64,000 nucleotides of DNA from an uncultured delta proteobacterium (GTDB lineage Bacteria > Chloroflexota > Dehalococcoidia > Dehalococcoidales > BS750m-G39): the NCBI GenBank assembly GCA_963739245.1, contig CAVTZP010000007.1, positions 187,723 through 251,722 on the forward strand, read 5' to 3'. The notes below the pieces were generated by a model, which searched no databases, had not been told where the DNA came from, and saw only the letters and a program-made list of their open reading frames with translations. The translations under genes and the position numbers were made by a program. This document shows positions 10,045 to 19,820 of the stretch, in pieces. How positions within the stretch are numbered: position 1 is the first letter of the stretch; each line of letters opens with the position of its first letter.

Positions 10045-10126
10045 GGTGTCTAAGAGGGGCGAAAGCCCCTCTTCTTTTATTCCTCCCCCTCTCCTTCAAA
10101 GGAGAGGGGGATACAGGGGGTGAGGT
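10045..10126 (-). repeat. bipartite palindromic repeat, copy R3 (B'-A' orientation)
   Basis: GGTGTCTAAGAGGGGCGAAAGCCCCTCTTCTTTTATTCCTCCCCCTCTCCTTCAAAGGAGAGGGGGATACAGGGGGTGAGGT. Ends 4 nt from the trpS stop. Confidence 0.9.
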
Positions 10127-10130
10127 CAAC

Positions 10131-11105
10131 CTATAAAAGCCCCATCTTCTGCTTGACTTCTTTAAGTGTTTCCCTGGCAATCACGCTGGCGCGCTGGGCG
10201 CCGTCAGCCAGGACCTCCTTTATATACTCAGGTTTAGCGGCTAAGGCAGAGCGCCGCTGGCGCAGGGGGGCGAGGGCGGAGTTAATCTTCTCGGCGAGAA
10301 GCGTCTTGCACTCAACACAGCCAATCTTGGCCGAGCGGCACTGGATAGCAATGTCTGCCTGTTGCTCCGGGTTAAAATACCCGTGCAGGGTGTAAATATT
10401 GCATACCTCGGGGTGACCGGGGTCATTGCGGTACTGGCGGGCGGGGTCGGTAACCGCCGTCATCACCTTCTTTATTGTCTCCTCAGGCGAAAGGGCGATT
10501 TCAACATCATTGCCCAGTTGCTTGCTCATCTTCTCCTTGCCATCCAGCCCGAGCACCATTGGAAATGAGGTAAGCTTGGCTTGAGGCTCGGGGAAGGTAT
10601 CGCCGAAGAGGTTATTGAAGCGCCGGGCAATCTCCCGGGCCAGCTCCAGATGGGGAAGCTGGTCTTCGCCAACCGGCACCACCTCAGCCTTATAAAGCAC
10701 GATATCGGCGGTCATCAGCACCGGATAGCCCACCAGCCCGTAGTTCACATTCTGAGGCTGGAGCTTTACCTTCTCCTTGAAGGTAGGCACGCGCAGCAAC
10801 CAGCCCAGGGGGGTAACCATACTGAGCAGGGTATGTAGCTCCATTACCTCAGGGACATGGGACTGAACAAAGATGATGCTTTTCTTGGGGTCAAGCCCAG
10901 CCGCCAGCCAGTCGAGGGTCATCTCACGGATATTGCTCTGCAGGCTAGAGGTATCCTCCATTGTGGTCAGGGCATGGATATCAACAATGCAATAGACGCA
11001 ATCATACTCATCCTGCAGGCTGACATAGTTTTGTATTGCCCCGAGGTAATTCCCCAGGTGCTGCCGGCCGGTGGGGCGAGCCCCAGAAAAAACACGCTTC
11101 TTCAT
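10131..11105 (-). CDS. trpS: tryptophan--tRNA ligase
   Basis: 324 aa. HIGH-type motif PTGRQHLGNY and the KMSKS motif KMSKQ. Confidence 0.95.
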   Translation of the reverse strand: MKKRVFSGARPTGRQHLGNYLGAIQNYVSLQDEYDCVYCIVDIHALTTMEDTSSLQSNIREMTLDWLAAGLDPKKSIIFVQSHVPEVMELHTLLSMVTPLGWLLRVPTFKEKVKLQPQNVNYGLVGYPVLMTADIVLYKAEVVPVGEDQLPHLELAREIARRFNNLFGDTFPEPQAKLTSFPMVLGLDGKEKMSKQLGNDVEIALSPEETIKKVMTAVTDPARQYRNDPGHPEVCNIYTLHGYFNPEQQADIAIQCRSAKIGCVECKTLLAEKINSALAPLRQRRSALAAKPEYIKEVLADGAQRASVIARETLKEVKQKMGLL

Positions 11106-11120
11106 CCAAATCTCCTTCTT

Positions 11121-12779
11121 TTACATCCGCTCTGGGGCGCCCATACCCATAAGGTGGAGGGTCTTTGATAGGACAATCTTAGCCGCCTCAACCAGCTTGA
11201 GCCGAGCCTTGGTCAGCACCTCATCCTCAGAGACGACGCGGCACTGCTTATAAAAGCTGTGAAACACAGTCGCCAGGTCCAGGGCATAATAGGCAAGGTG
11301 GTGAGGCTCCAGTGCTTGGGCTACCACATCAACCATCTCAGGCAAAAGTAGCATCTTCCGTATTAAAGCCAGCTCAGGCTCAGTGGTGAGCAGAGAGACA
11401 TCACCATCGCCGGAGTTAATCCCCCTCTCCTGAGCCAGGCGAAGGATGCTGGCAATGCGGGCGTGAGCATACTGAACATAGTAGACGGGGTTATCGGCTG
11501 ACTGCTTCTTGGCCAGTTCCAGGTCAAAGTCCATCTGACTATCGGCGGTGCGGGAGGCAAAGAAAAAGCGGCAGGCATCCACCCCCACCTCATCTACCAC
11601 CTCACGTAGGGTAATAATATCGCCGCTACGCTTGGAAATCCTGACCAACTCGCCACCACGAGATAGGGTAACCATCTGGGAGATTATTACCTTGAGCCGT
11701 TCCGGGGCGATACCCAGGGCAGCCACCGCCGCCTTCATCCGGGTTATATGCCCCTGATGGTCAGCCCCCCAGATATTGATTACCCGGTCAAACTTGCGCT
11801 CCAAAAACTTGTTATAGTGATAGGCAATGTCAGAGGCGAAATAGGTAGGAGAACCATCGCTGCGCACCACCACATTGTCCTTATCCTCACCCAGGGCGGT
11901 GGAGACAAACCAGGTGGCACCTTCCTTCTCGCTGATATACCCCCCCTGGCGCAGGAGCGACATTACCCTTTCGTACTGACCATTCTGATAAAGGCTCTGC
12001 TCGCTGAACCAGATATCAAAGCTCACCCCGATTCGCTCAAGGTCGCTCTTGATTTGCTCTATCATCTTGACCAAGCCGATATGCCCCAGCTGGGCTATTG
12101 CCTCTTTCTCCGGCAGGGAGAGAAATTTGTCTCCCTCCTCAGCAATAATCTCCTTAGCCAGGTCAATCATATAGCTACCCAAATAACCGTCGGACGGCAT
12201 CTCGGCGTCAACGCCCAAACACTGCTGATAGCGAACGTAGAGTGAGCGGCAAAAGGCGTCTATCTGGCTGCCAGCATCATTAATATAATATTCCTCCTCC
12301 ACCTTATAGCCGGCAGCGGCAAGAACATTAGCCAGGGTGCTACCCAAAATCGCCCCACGACCATGACCAACATGGAGCGGGCCGGTAGGATTAACGCTAA
12401 CAAACTCGAGCTGCACCCGGCTACCCCGCCCCAGGTCAATATTGCCGTAGGAATCACCAGTCTTTAATATTGAAGACACCTGAGCGGTTAACCAGCTGCT
12501 GCTGAGGGTGAAATTGATGAAGCCGGGTGGTGCCACCGTAACACGGCTAACCTCGGGGCTGGCAGCGATACACCCAACCACCTCCTCAGCAATAGCCAGT
12601 GGGTTAACCCCGGTTGCCCGGGCTAATTTCAATGGTAAACTTGAGGCGTAATCCCCGTGCTCCGGGTTCTGGGGATGCTCAATACTAACCTCAGGCAAGG
12701 CGACCGAAGGTAGCTTGTCCAGCTCCTGTGCCTTGATTACTGCCTGCGTTAGCAAATCTATAAGCTTTTGCTTAATCAC
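11121..12779 (-). CDS. argS: arginine--tRNA ligase
   Basis: 552 aa. [11 protein letters not shown] (HIGH), a class I core and a C-terminal DALR anticodon-binding region. Lies 15 nt upstream of trpS. Confidence 0.95.
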   Translation of the reverse strand: MIKQKLIDLLTQAVIKAQELDKLPSVALPEVSIEHPQNPEHGDYASSLPLKLARATGVNPLAIAEEVVGCIAASPEVSRVTVAPPGFINFTLSSSWLTAQVSSILKTGDSYGNIDLGRGSRVQLEFVSVNPTGPLHVGHGRGAILGSTLANVLAAAGYKVEEEYYINDAGSQIDAFCRSLYVRYQQCLGVDAEMPSDGYLGSYMIDLAKEIIAEEGDKFLSLPEKEAIAQLGHIGLVKMIEQIKSDLERIGVSFDIWFSEQSLYQNGQYERVMSLLRQGGYISEKEGATWFVSTALGEDKDNVVVRSDGSPTYFASDIAYHYNKFLERKFDRVINIWGADHQGHITRMKAAVAALGIAPERLKVIISQMVTLSRGGELVRISKRSGDIITLREVVDEVGVDACRFFFASRTADSQMDFDLELAKKQSADNPVYYVQYAHARIASILRLAQERGINSGDGDVSLLTTEPELALIRKMLLLPEMVDVVAQALEPHHLAYYALDLATVFHSFYKQCRVVSEDEVLTKARLKLVEAAKIVLSKTLHLMGMGAPERM

Positions 12780-12845
12780 TAATTACTCCGCTGTAACCTT
12801 CAAATTATAGCACAAAGCTAGCTAAAGAATAACCCCACACCACAG

Positions 12846-14516
12846 CTAACCGCTACCCTTCCCTATCTGTTTCACCGCATTGTAGGTTACAATGCCACCA
12901 GAAATATTCCGGGCGTTAAACCCATTCAGACGCAGTATACGGGTAGCATAGTACGATCTCTGCCCTGTATGACAATAAACCCATATCTCCCCATTCCGGG
13001 GAAGCTCAGTCAACAGCGAACGAAGTTCCGGTAGCGGAATATTGACCGCCCCTTTCACTCTGTCGACAGCAACCTCCCCTAGAGTGCGAACGTCGAGAAT
13101 CATAGCCTTTGACTCAGTAATATCCTCCCAGTGGGCAATCGGGGCATCACCGCGCAAGGTGTTAGCCGCAACCATTCCCGCCAGATTGACCGGGTCTTTG
13201 GCAGCACCAAACTGTGGCGAGTAGCAAAGTTCGGCTTCCTCAAGGTCAAAGACAGTTGAATTTCGCTGAATGGCCATAGCAATGACATCAATCCGTTTCT
13301 CAACCCCTTCCTTACCAACCGCTTGAGCGCCAAGAACACGTCCGTCTTTTGTCGAGAAAATCAGCTTCAATGCCATAGATTCCGCACCCGGGTAATAGCT
13401 AACATGCTGGCTTGGATATAGATAAACCTTCTCATAAGGTATAGGCTTGCCACTAACGGCGGCGCGCCTTAGCCCTTTTTCACTAGCCCCAGTTGAGGCG
13501 ATAGTCATATTGAATACGCTACAAACGGCGGTGGCTTGAACACCACGGAATCTAACGTCACGCCCAAAGATAACGTCAGCAGCAATCCGTCCTTGCCGAT
13601 TAGCCGGGCCAGCAAGTGGCGCCAGAGTCCACTCACTGGTAATGAAATCTCGCGTCTCAACGGCGTCACCAACTGCCCAAATCCGCTCGTCACTGGTACG
13701 CATCTGGTCGTTAACGCGTATACCGCCGTAAGCCCCAATCTCAAGACCTGCCGCCTTAGCCAGGCTGACCTCGGGACGAACACCAAGGCTAAGAATAACA
13801 AGGTCGGCGGTATGAGTCTCACCGGACTTCAATCTGACAAGAATTGTTCCGTCGCTATTTTGTTCAAATCCAGTAACAGGCTCACCAAGGCAAAGACGCA
13901 CGCCATTGGCTAAGAGATGACCATGAATTGGCACCGCCATCTCAGGGTCAAGCATCGGCACAACCTGTGGCTCCATCTCAATAAGGGTTACCGAAACTCC
14001 ACGCTTGGCCAGGTTCTCGGTCATTTCCAATCCGATAAATCCACCACCAACGATAACCGCCTGCTTAACATTATGCTCCACAATCCATTCTTTAATCTGG
14101 CGGCTGTCGGGAATTGTCCGAAGACAAAAAATGCCAGGAATATCAATGCCTGGGAGTGACGGACGAATAGGCGTTGCCCCTGGTGCCAGCACCAAGGCAT
14201 CGTATCCTTCACGATATACTTTGCCTGTCTTCAAGTCCTTAACCTCGAGCTCATTCTTTTCACGGTCAATAGCCATGACTTCGTTCTCGGTTCGAACATC
14301 AATATTGAATCTCTTCTTCAAAAACTCAGGCGTTGCCAGAAGCAGCTCCTTCTCCTCGCTGATGACGTTGCCAATATAATAGGGCAGACCGCAGTTGGCA
14401 AAAGAGATGTAAGAGCCTCGTTCAAAGATGATAATCTCTGCCTCTTCCGAAAGCCGGCGCGCCCGAGTGGCACAAGAGGCGCCACCAGCCACCCCACCAA
14501 CGATAAGAATCCTCAT
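12846..14516 (-). CDS. CoA-disulfide reductase-type FAD oxidoreductase fused to a rhodanese domain
   Basis: Dinucleotide fold GGVAGGASCA, redox Cys motif SFANCGLPYY, a second NAD(P) fold VIVGGGFIGLE, and a C-terminal rhodanese loop VYCHTGQRS. Confidence 0.85.
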   Translation of the reverse strand: MRILIVGGVAGGASCATRARRLSEEAEIIIFERGSYISFANCGLPYYIGNVISEEKELLLATPEFLKKRFNIDVRTENEVMAIDREKNELEVKDLKTGKVYREGYDALVLAPGATPIRPSLPGIDIPGIFCLRTIPDSRQIKEWIVEHNVKQAVIVGGGFIGLEMTENLAKRGVSVTLIEMEPQVVPMLDPEMAVPIHGHLLANGVRLCLGEPVTGFEQNSDGTILVRLKSGETHTADLVILSLGVRPEVSLAKAAGLEIGAYGGIRVNDQMRTSDERIWAVGDAVETRDFITSEWTLAPLAGPANRQGRIAADVIFGRDVRFRGVQATAVCSVFNMTIASTGASEKGLRRAAVSGKPIPYEKVYLYPSQHVSYYPGAESMALKLIFSTKDGRVLGAQAVGKEGVEKRIDVIAMAIQRNSTVFDLEEAELCYSPQFGAAKDPVNLAGMVAANTLRGDAPIAHWEDITESKAMILDVRTLGEVAVDRVKGAVNIPLPELRSLLTELPRNGEIWVYCHTGQRSYYATRILRLNGFNARNISGGIVTYNAVKQIGKGSG

Positions 14517-14598
14517 AAACCTTACCCCCTTTAAGCACCAAGGCTTTTGTGGGCGGGTGGGTGGGAAGAAAAAGTATTGTTAAACACCTCTTCTCTCT

Positions 14599-14680
14599 AC
14601 CTCACCCCCTTAATCCCCCTCTCCTTCAAAGGAGAGGGGGAAGAGATTTTTTAAGAGAGGCTACGCCTCTCTTTGACTCC
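14599..14680 (+). repeat. bipartite palindromic repeat, copy R4 (A-B orientation)
   Basis: ACCTCACCCCCTTAATCCCCCTCTCCTTCAAAGGAGAGGGGGAAGAGATTTTTTAAGAGAGGCTACGCCTCTCTTTGACTCC. Confidence 0.9.
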
Positions 14681-14762
14681 TTATTAAAAACGAACTCGGC
14701 TCCCCACGTGGGGGAAAATCCGAACTTTTGCGGAGGTTTGTCTTTTCTAGACTGCTCAGAAT

Positions 14763-15524
14763 TCATGGTCTTATATCAAAAGAACGGATACCACTACTAT
14801 CTATGGTCAATGTAGTTATCTCACCGCCAATGGATGGCAAAAGAGTGCTCATACCATAAATCTGACTAATAATTCTGATCTGAAATCGAATATACTCAGC
14901 CCTGCCTTCTAAAGATGGTCGCGGAATGTTTATGTTACGCTGACGAAGGGTCGAGTTTAAAAGGCTCTCAAAATCTTCCCACCATGCAGCGTAAAAAGTG
15001 TAATCTCCATTCCTGACAATAAAGTAAGGGTTGTTTGGGTTATAACCACCCTGTGTAATGGCTCCGCCTAAATCGTAGTTAGCATTAAAAATATGTGTGT
15101 TGATATTTTGAAAGAACTGACTAGGGCCATTATGGATATGCCAGAAATCTGGCGCTAAGCGTCCGTTTTTAAGAACGAAGCCAGCTAGGTGAAATCCAGC
15201 TTCGGCTTGTCCTGACTGGGTTGGCGGTATAATTCTGTTTAGTTCGTCTTGAAGCAGTGTGGCAAACGCCTGTAAAGTTTGGCTCTGGCCTTGACACCTA
15301 GTAATGAACTCACTTAGCCATATATCGGTCTCAACGTTGCCTATTTGCCCGTATCCCCAACAAGAGGCACCAGCTTGAAGATAAGGAATTGGGAAAAGTT
15401 TCTGAACGCCCATCAGTACTCGGTTGCCAATTTGACCATTAGGTAATGGAGTCCGGCAAGTAACCGCGCTATCCGCCCCCATAACTATTCCGTATGACGA
15501 AATCTCTGTAAGTACTAAGGTCAT
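14763..15524 (-). CDS. orphan protein, candidate Thr1 N-terminal-nucleophile hydrolase (proteasome-beta/HslV-like)
   Basis: 253 aa. After Met removal the N-terminus TLVLTEISSYGIVMGADSAVT aligns position for position with HslV [21 protein letters not shown] (Thr1, Asp17, Thr21). A GVQKLFPI Lys follows, and SIGGEITTLTIDSSG near the C-terminus resembles the GSGG region. Fold assignment is unverified. Confidence 0.4.
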   Translation of the reverse strand: MTLVLTEISSYGIVMGADSAVTCRTPLPNGQIGNRVLMGVQKLFPIPYLQAGASCWGYGQIGNVETDIWLSEFITRCQGQSQTLQAFATLLQDELNRIIPPTQSGQAEAGFHLAGFVLKNGRLAPDFWHIHNGPSQFFQNINTHIFNANYDLGGAITQGGYNPNNPYFIVRNGDYTFYAAWWEDFESLLNSTLRQRNINIPRPSLEGRAEYIRFQIRIISQIYGMSTLLPSIGGEITTLTIDSSGIRSFDIRP

Positions 15525-15662
15525 CAGCTACCTCCAAAACTTAGAAATGACGAGTTCGGCTCATTTTGTATCTGCCCAGCTTAGAAAAGGATTCATCCCT
15601 AGCTCCACTCCGCTGCGCCGTGTTGCCAGACTCGGGCTAGCTCCTTAGCCAAGAGGCGGTGT

Positions 15663-18075
15663 TCAGGCTTCTCTAAAACTGGGGTCTTGTTCAAAGAGCC
15701 TTATTGCCTCGTCTCGTGCCAGCTCCAGCAGAGCCACATCAGAGAGCTTAGCCATGCGGAGGTCAGGAAGCCCGCTCTGCCGGGTGCCAAAGAACTCCCC
15801 CGGACCCCGCAGCCTCAGGTCCTCCTCAGCCAGTTGAAAGCCATCATAAATCTTCCCAATTATATCCAAGCGCTCCCTACCTACCTCGGAAGGGTTCTCC
15901 GCTAACAGCATGCAGTAGCTCTGCTCCTGCCCCCGCCCTACCCGGCCACGGAACTGGTGCAGTTGCGATAAGCCGAAACGGTCGGCGCTCTCCACCAGCA
16001 TCACCGTGGCATTGGGCACATCTATGCCCACCTCCACCACCGGGGTTGATACTAATATATTCAGTTCGCCGGAGCGAAAGCGGTGCATCGCCTCATCCTT
16101 CTCCGCCACCGACATCCGCCCGTGAATCAAGCCCAGCCTGAGGTCAGGAAAGACCTCCCGAGACAGGCGCTCATATTCCGCCACCGCCGCCTTAGCCTCA
16201 ATCGCCTCCGATTCCTCAATCAAGGGACAGATAATAAACGCCTGATGACCTTCAGCCACCTGACGGCGCAAAAAGTCATAGGCGCTATCCCGCTGCGATG
16301 GCTTGAGCCACTTGGTCTTCACCACCTGCCTCCCCGGAGGAAGTTCATCGATGACCGATAGGTCAAGGTCGCCATAGAGGGTCAAGGCCAGCGTTCGGGG
16401 GATAGGCGTTGCCGTCATTACCAGAACATGGGGGTTAAACCCCTTCTGCCTGAGCGCGGAACGCTGGGTAACCCCAAACCGGTGCTGCTCATCAACCACC
16501 GCCAAGCCCAATCGCTGGAACTCAACCTCCTTCTGAAAAAGGGCGTGAGTCCCGATAACAATATCTATATCTCCACTGGCGATAAGCTGCTGGATTTCCT
16601 GCTTCCGCGCCTGGTTTATGCCACCAATAAGTAGCGCCATAGTAAGCGGACGAGATAGAAGCCCGGAGTAACTACTCAGGTTATCTTCCCCCGCCACCTG
16701 CTCACCGGCTCTAGACAGGAGCTGGCAGAGGTTAGCAAAGTGCTGCTCAGCCAGAATCTCCGTCGGCGCCATGAATGCTCCCTGATAGCCACTGGCCGCC
16801 CCAACCAGCAGGGCGGCAGTAGCCACCACGGTCTTGCCACTGCCCACCTCCCCCTGCAACAATCGGGACATCGGTCTTGGCTTCTCCAGGTCAGCCAGTA
16901 TCTCACCGAGCACCCGGTGCTGAGCCGCCGTCAGCTTGAAGGGCAAAGAGCTTAAAAAGCTTATCCAGCACCGGTGTCTTGACCTCAAACGGGTTGCCCG
17001 GCTGGCTCTCCTGCCAATCGCGCTTTCTCGCCAGCACCCCCAATTGAAGAAGAAAAAGCTCGTCAAACGCCAGCCCGACCCTTGCCCGGTCCTTAGCGGC
17101 TTCATTCTCGGGAAAGTGAGCCTGGGCTATCGCCTGGGGCAGCTCAAGCAGGTTACAGCGTTGCCTCAGCTCGGTGGGCAAAAAGTCCTCTACCTGCCCT
17201 GCCCACTGGTCGACAACCTCTTTCATCAGTTTCCTCACCTGGCGGGGGTGCAACCCCTGGGTAAGGGGATAGAGAGGAACCAGGCGCCCGGTGTGAATCA
17301 GCTCCTTATCCTCCAATAGCTCCCACTCTGGAGATTCAAACACATGCCGCCCGCCAAATAAGCCCACCCGGCCGCTGAGAACCACCCGGGTATTAGTTGG
17401 TAGCTTCTTTGCCAGGTAAGGATTATTAAACCATACCACCCTGACATTGCCGGTCTCATCGCCGACAATAGCCTCGGTGCTGCGCCGGCCACCGGGCATA
17501 ATCACCTGAGCCTGCCACACGTTAGCAATAATCGTCTGCTCCTCTCCCTCGGTAAGCTGGGAGATATACTTCCTCTGGCTATAGTCAAGATGGCGGTGGG
17601 GGAAGAAATAGAGCAGGTCACGAATCGTTTCCACACCCAAACGTTTGAACTTAGCCGCCAGACTGGTGCTAACCCCCTTAAGAGTAGTAATGGGAGACTC
17701 AATAGACCCGCTGGCTACCCTACGCCCCTTTACCAAAGACTGCCTGCTGTCTACCGGAGGCGAGGGCACTGCGCCTTCTTCTGGCACCTTGACCTCACCC
17801 TTTTCAGTTTCAACTTTCTCCAGTTCAGACAGAAAAGCAAATATCTTATTTACCCACTCCTTGCGCTGCTCCCTGGTCAAAGAGGCATAGTTAGAATTAA
17901 TCAACCCAAGCCGATGAAACTGGCGCAAAAGCGGGGGGCTGGTTATTGACTCTACGGCTTGAGCGGTCCAGCGGTGAAGGAATCTATCCAAACCACCGAT
18001 TACCGCTGAATCCAGATAACCCTTCTCAACCTCAAGCCGGAGAATCTTCTGCAGAGGCTCAACATTTATTGGCAA
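15663..18075 (-). pseudogene. recG: ATP-dependent DNA helicase RecG, split by a 1-nt insertion in a homopolymer
   Basis: Track ORFs 16903-18075 (wedge/N-terminal part) and 15663-17105 (helicase core: GEVGSGKTVVA, DEQHRFG, QLHQFRGRVGRG) overlap in different frames. Deleting one base of the A5 run at 16954-16958 gives ...VLDKLLSSLPFKLTAAQHRVL... Confidence 0.9.
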
Positions 18076-18108
18076 GGTTCCGCCTCCGTGGCTAACAGCG
18101 GTAAAAAC

Positions 18109-18951
18109 TCAATCCCTGTCGCCTAATACAGATACCGCTAAAACGTGAGGGCCAACATGCACCCCCACTGCCGGACTCACCTTCGTCCGGTAGATACGCT
18201 CTTTGGGAAATTTAGTGTTGATACGCTCAGCCAACATCTCAGCCTCATTGGGAGTGGTGGCATCCTCTATCGCCATTTCTTCAATGCGGGAATAACCTAT
18301 AGCAAAGTTATATAGGTGTTCTATTGACTTGGCTCGAGAGCGCTCCCTGGCAACCGGATAAGTCTCGCCATCTTTTATACAGAGGATAGGATTTATCTTA
18401 AGCACTGACCCGAGAAATGCCTGCGCCTTACCAATGCGCCCACCCCTCTGAAGATATTCCAAGGTATCAAAAGCGATGCGGATATCAGCTCGAGGTATAT
18501 TCTTCTGCGTCAAAGCCGCCACCTCATCGAAACTAGCTCCGGCCTGAGCCGCCTTAGCCGCAGCCATAACTATAAGTCCCTCGGCCATAAGGGCCCATTG
18601 CGAATCAATCACCTCTATCCGGCATTTCCGCTTCATCAGTTCTACAGCTTGCAACGCTGTCTTATAGATAGCACTCAACTTGTGGGAAATAGTAATGACC
18701 AGGATTTCGTCCGTCTCTTTAGCCAGCTTATCATACGCCTCGGCAAAGATTGTCGGTGCCGGCACTGCCGTAGTTGGCAGGATTTTGCTACTGACTAACC
18801 TCTCGTAGAACTGCTCAGTAGTCAGGTCAATACCATCGCGATAAGTTTTAGCGCCAAAGCAAACATACGCCGGAACTACGGTAATACCTAATTCTTCAAC
18901 CGATTTGACAGGAAGGCAAGCCGAGCTATCAGTAACAATCTTAACTGCCAT
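18109..18951 (-). CDS. DegV-family fatty-acid-binding protein (FakB-type), paralog 1
   Basis: 280 aa. IVTDS start and the DegV pattern ...TSxPSP/AP...LEYLxRGGRIG. Confidence 0.85.
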   Translation of the reverse strand: MAVKIVTDSSACLPVKSVEELGITVVPAYVCFGAKTYRDGIDLTTEQFYERLVSSKILPTTAVPAPTIFAEAYDKLAKETDEILVITISHKLSAIYKTALQAVELMKRKCRIEVIDSQWALMAEGLIVMAAAKAAQAGASFDEVAALTQKNIPRADIRIAFDTLEYLQRGGRIGKAQAFLGSVLKINPILCIKDGETYPVARERSRAKSIEHLYNFAIGYSRIEEMAIEDATTPNEAEMLAERINTKFPKERIYRTKVSPAVGVHVGPHVLAVSVLGDRD

Positions 18952-18977
18952 TTAAAAGCCTTTGCCCCTTATTACTG

Positions 18978-19820
18978 CTACCCCTTGTCCCCCAATATAG
19001 CGACCAGCAGGAGACCGGGGCCAGTATGAGTCCCGATTGCTGGGGTCATCTTTGAGCGATAGATTCGTTCCTTTGGAAACTTAGTGCTAAGCCGCTCAAC
19101 CAGTGCCTCAGCGTCATCAGGACAGGCGGTATCCTCCACCGCCATCTCCTCTATGCGGGAAAAGCTAGTAGCAAAGTTATATAAATGCTCCATCGCCTTC
19201 GCCCGAGAGCGTGTCCTGCCTACCGGCTCAACCAGGCCGTCTTTCAGGGTGATGATAGGGTTTATCCTCAGTATTGACCCCAGAAAAGCCTGTGCCCGGC
19301 CAATCCGCCCACCCCTCCTGAGGTACTCCAGGGTATCAAAAGCAGCCCGAAAATCCACACGAGGAATAGTCTTTCTAATTAGCTCTATCACCTTACCAAG
19401 ACTAGCTCCGGCCTGAGCCGCTCTAGCCGCAGCCATAACTATAAACCCCTGCGCCATAGTCGCCCACCGTGAATCAATCACTTCCACCCGGCATTTCCGT
19501 TTCATCAGTGCGACGCTTTGTAACGCCACCTCATAGGTACCACTGAGCCGGGAAGAAACAATAATAGCCAGAATCTCATCTGTCTCCTCAGCCAGCTTAT
19601 CATAGGCCTCGGCAAAGGTTGCTGGTGATGGTACTGAAGTAACCGGAAAGATCTTGCTGCGGGTGAGCATGTTGTAGAACTCGCTGGCAGTCAGGTCAAT
19701 GCCATCACGGTAGAGCCTTTCGCCAAAGCGGACAAGTAACGGAATCACCGTAATCCCCAGCTCTTTAACCACCTGAGACGGCAAATCAGCGATGCTATCG
19801 GTAACAATCCTAACTGTCAT
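18978..19820 (-). CDS. DegV-family fatty-acid-binding protein (FakB-type), paralog 2
   Basis: 280 aa. Colinear with paralogs 1 and 3 and roughly two-thirds identical to them by eye. Confidence 0.85.
   Translation of the reverse strand: MTVRIVTDSIADLPSQVVKELGITVIPLLVRFGERLYRDGIDLTASEFYNMLTRSKIFPVTSVPSPATFAEAYDKLAEETDEILAIIVSSRLSGTYEVALQSVALMKRKCRVEVIDSRWATMAQGFIVMAAARAAQAGASLGKVIELIRKTIPRVDFRAAFDTLEYLRRGGRIGRAQAFLGSILRINPIITLKDGLVEPVGRTRSRAKAMEHLYNFATSFSRIEEMAVEDTACPDDAEALVERLSTKFPKERIYRSKMTPAIGTHTGPGLLLVAILGDKG

Noticed and set aside
11748-12245. Long antisense or out-of-frame ORFs inside conserved genes, e.g. 11748-12245 in argS, 36430-36966 in nfnB, 27945-28451 in argJ and 45450-45878 in comEC
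   Set aside because: They lie fully within strongly supported genes, have low-complexity Pro/Arg/Ser-rich translations and lack Shine-Dalgarno sequences. They are typical shadow ORFs.
11106-12845. T-box or other leader upstream of trpS/argS
   Set aside because: Only 15 nt separate argS and trpS, and only 66 nt precede argS. That is too short for a T-box leader, and no specifier or antiterminator features were seen.
14549-14815. 88-aa ORF on the plus strand
   Set aside because: It is mostly a translation of repeat copy R4 (..PHPLNPPLLQRRGGRDF..) and overlaps the 3' end of the Ntn-like gene. The same applies to ORF 52306-52500, which spans the interrupted copy R9 and the rph start.
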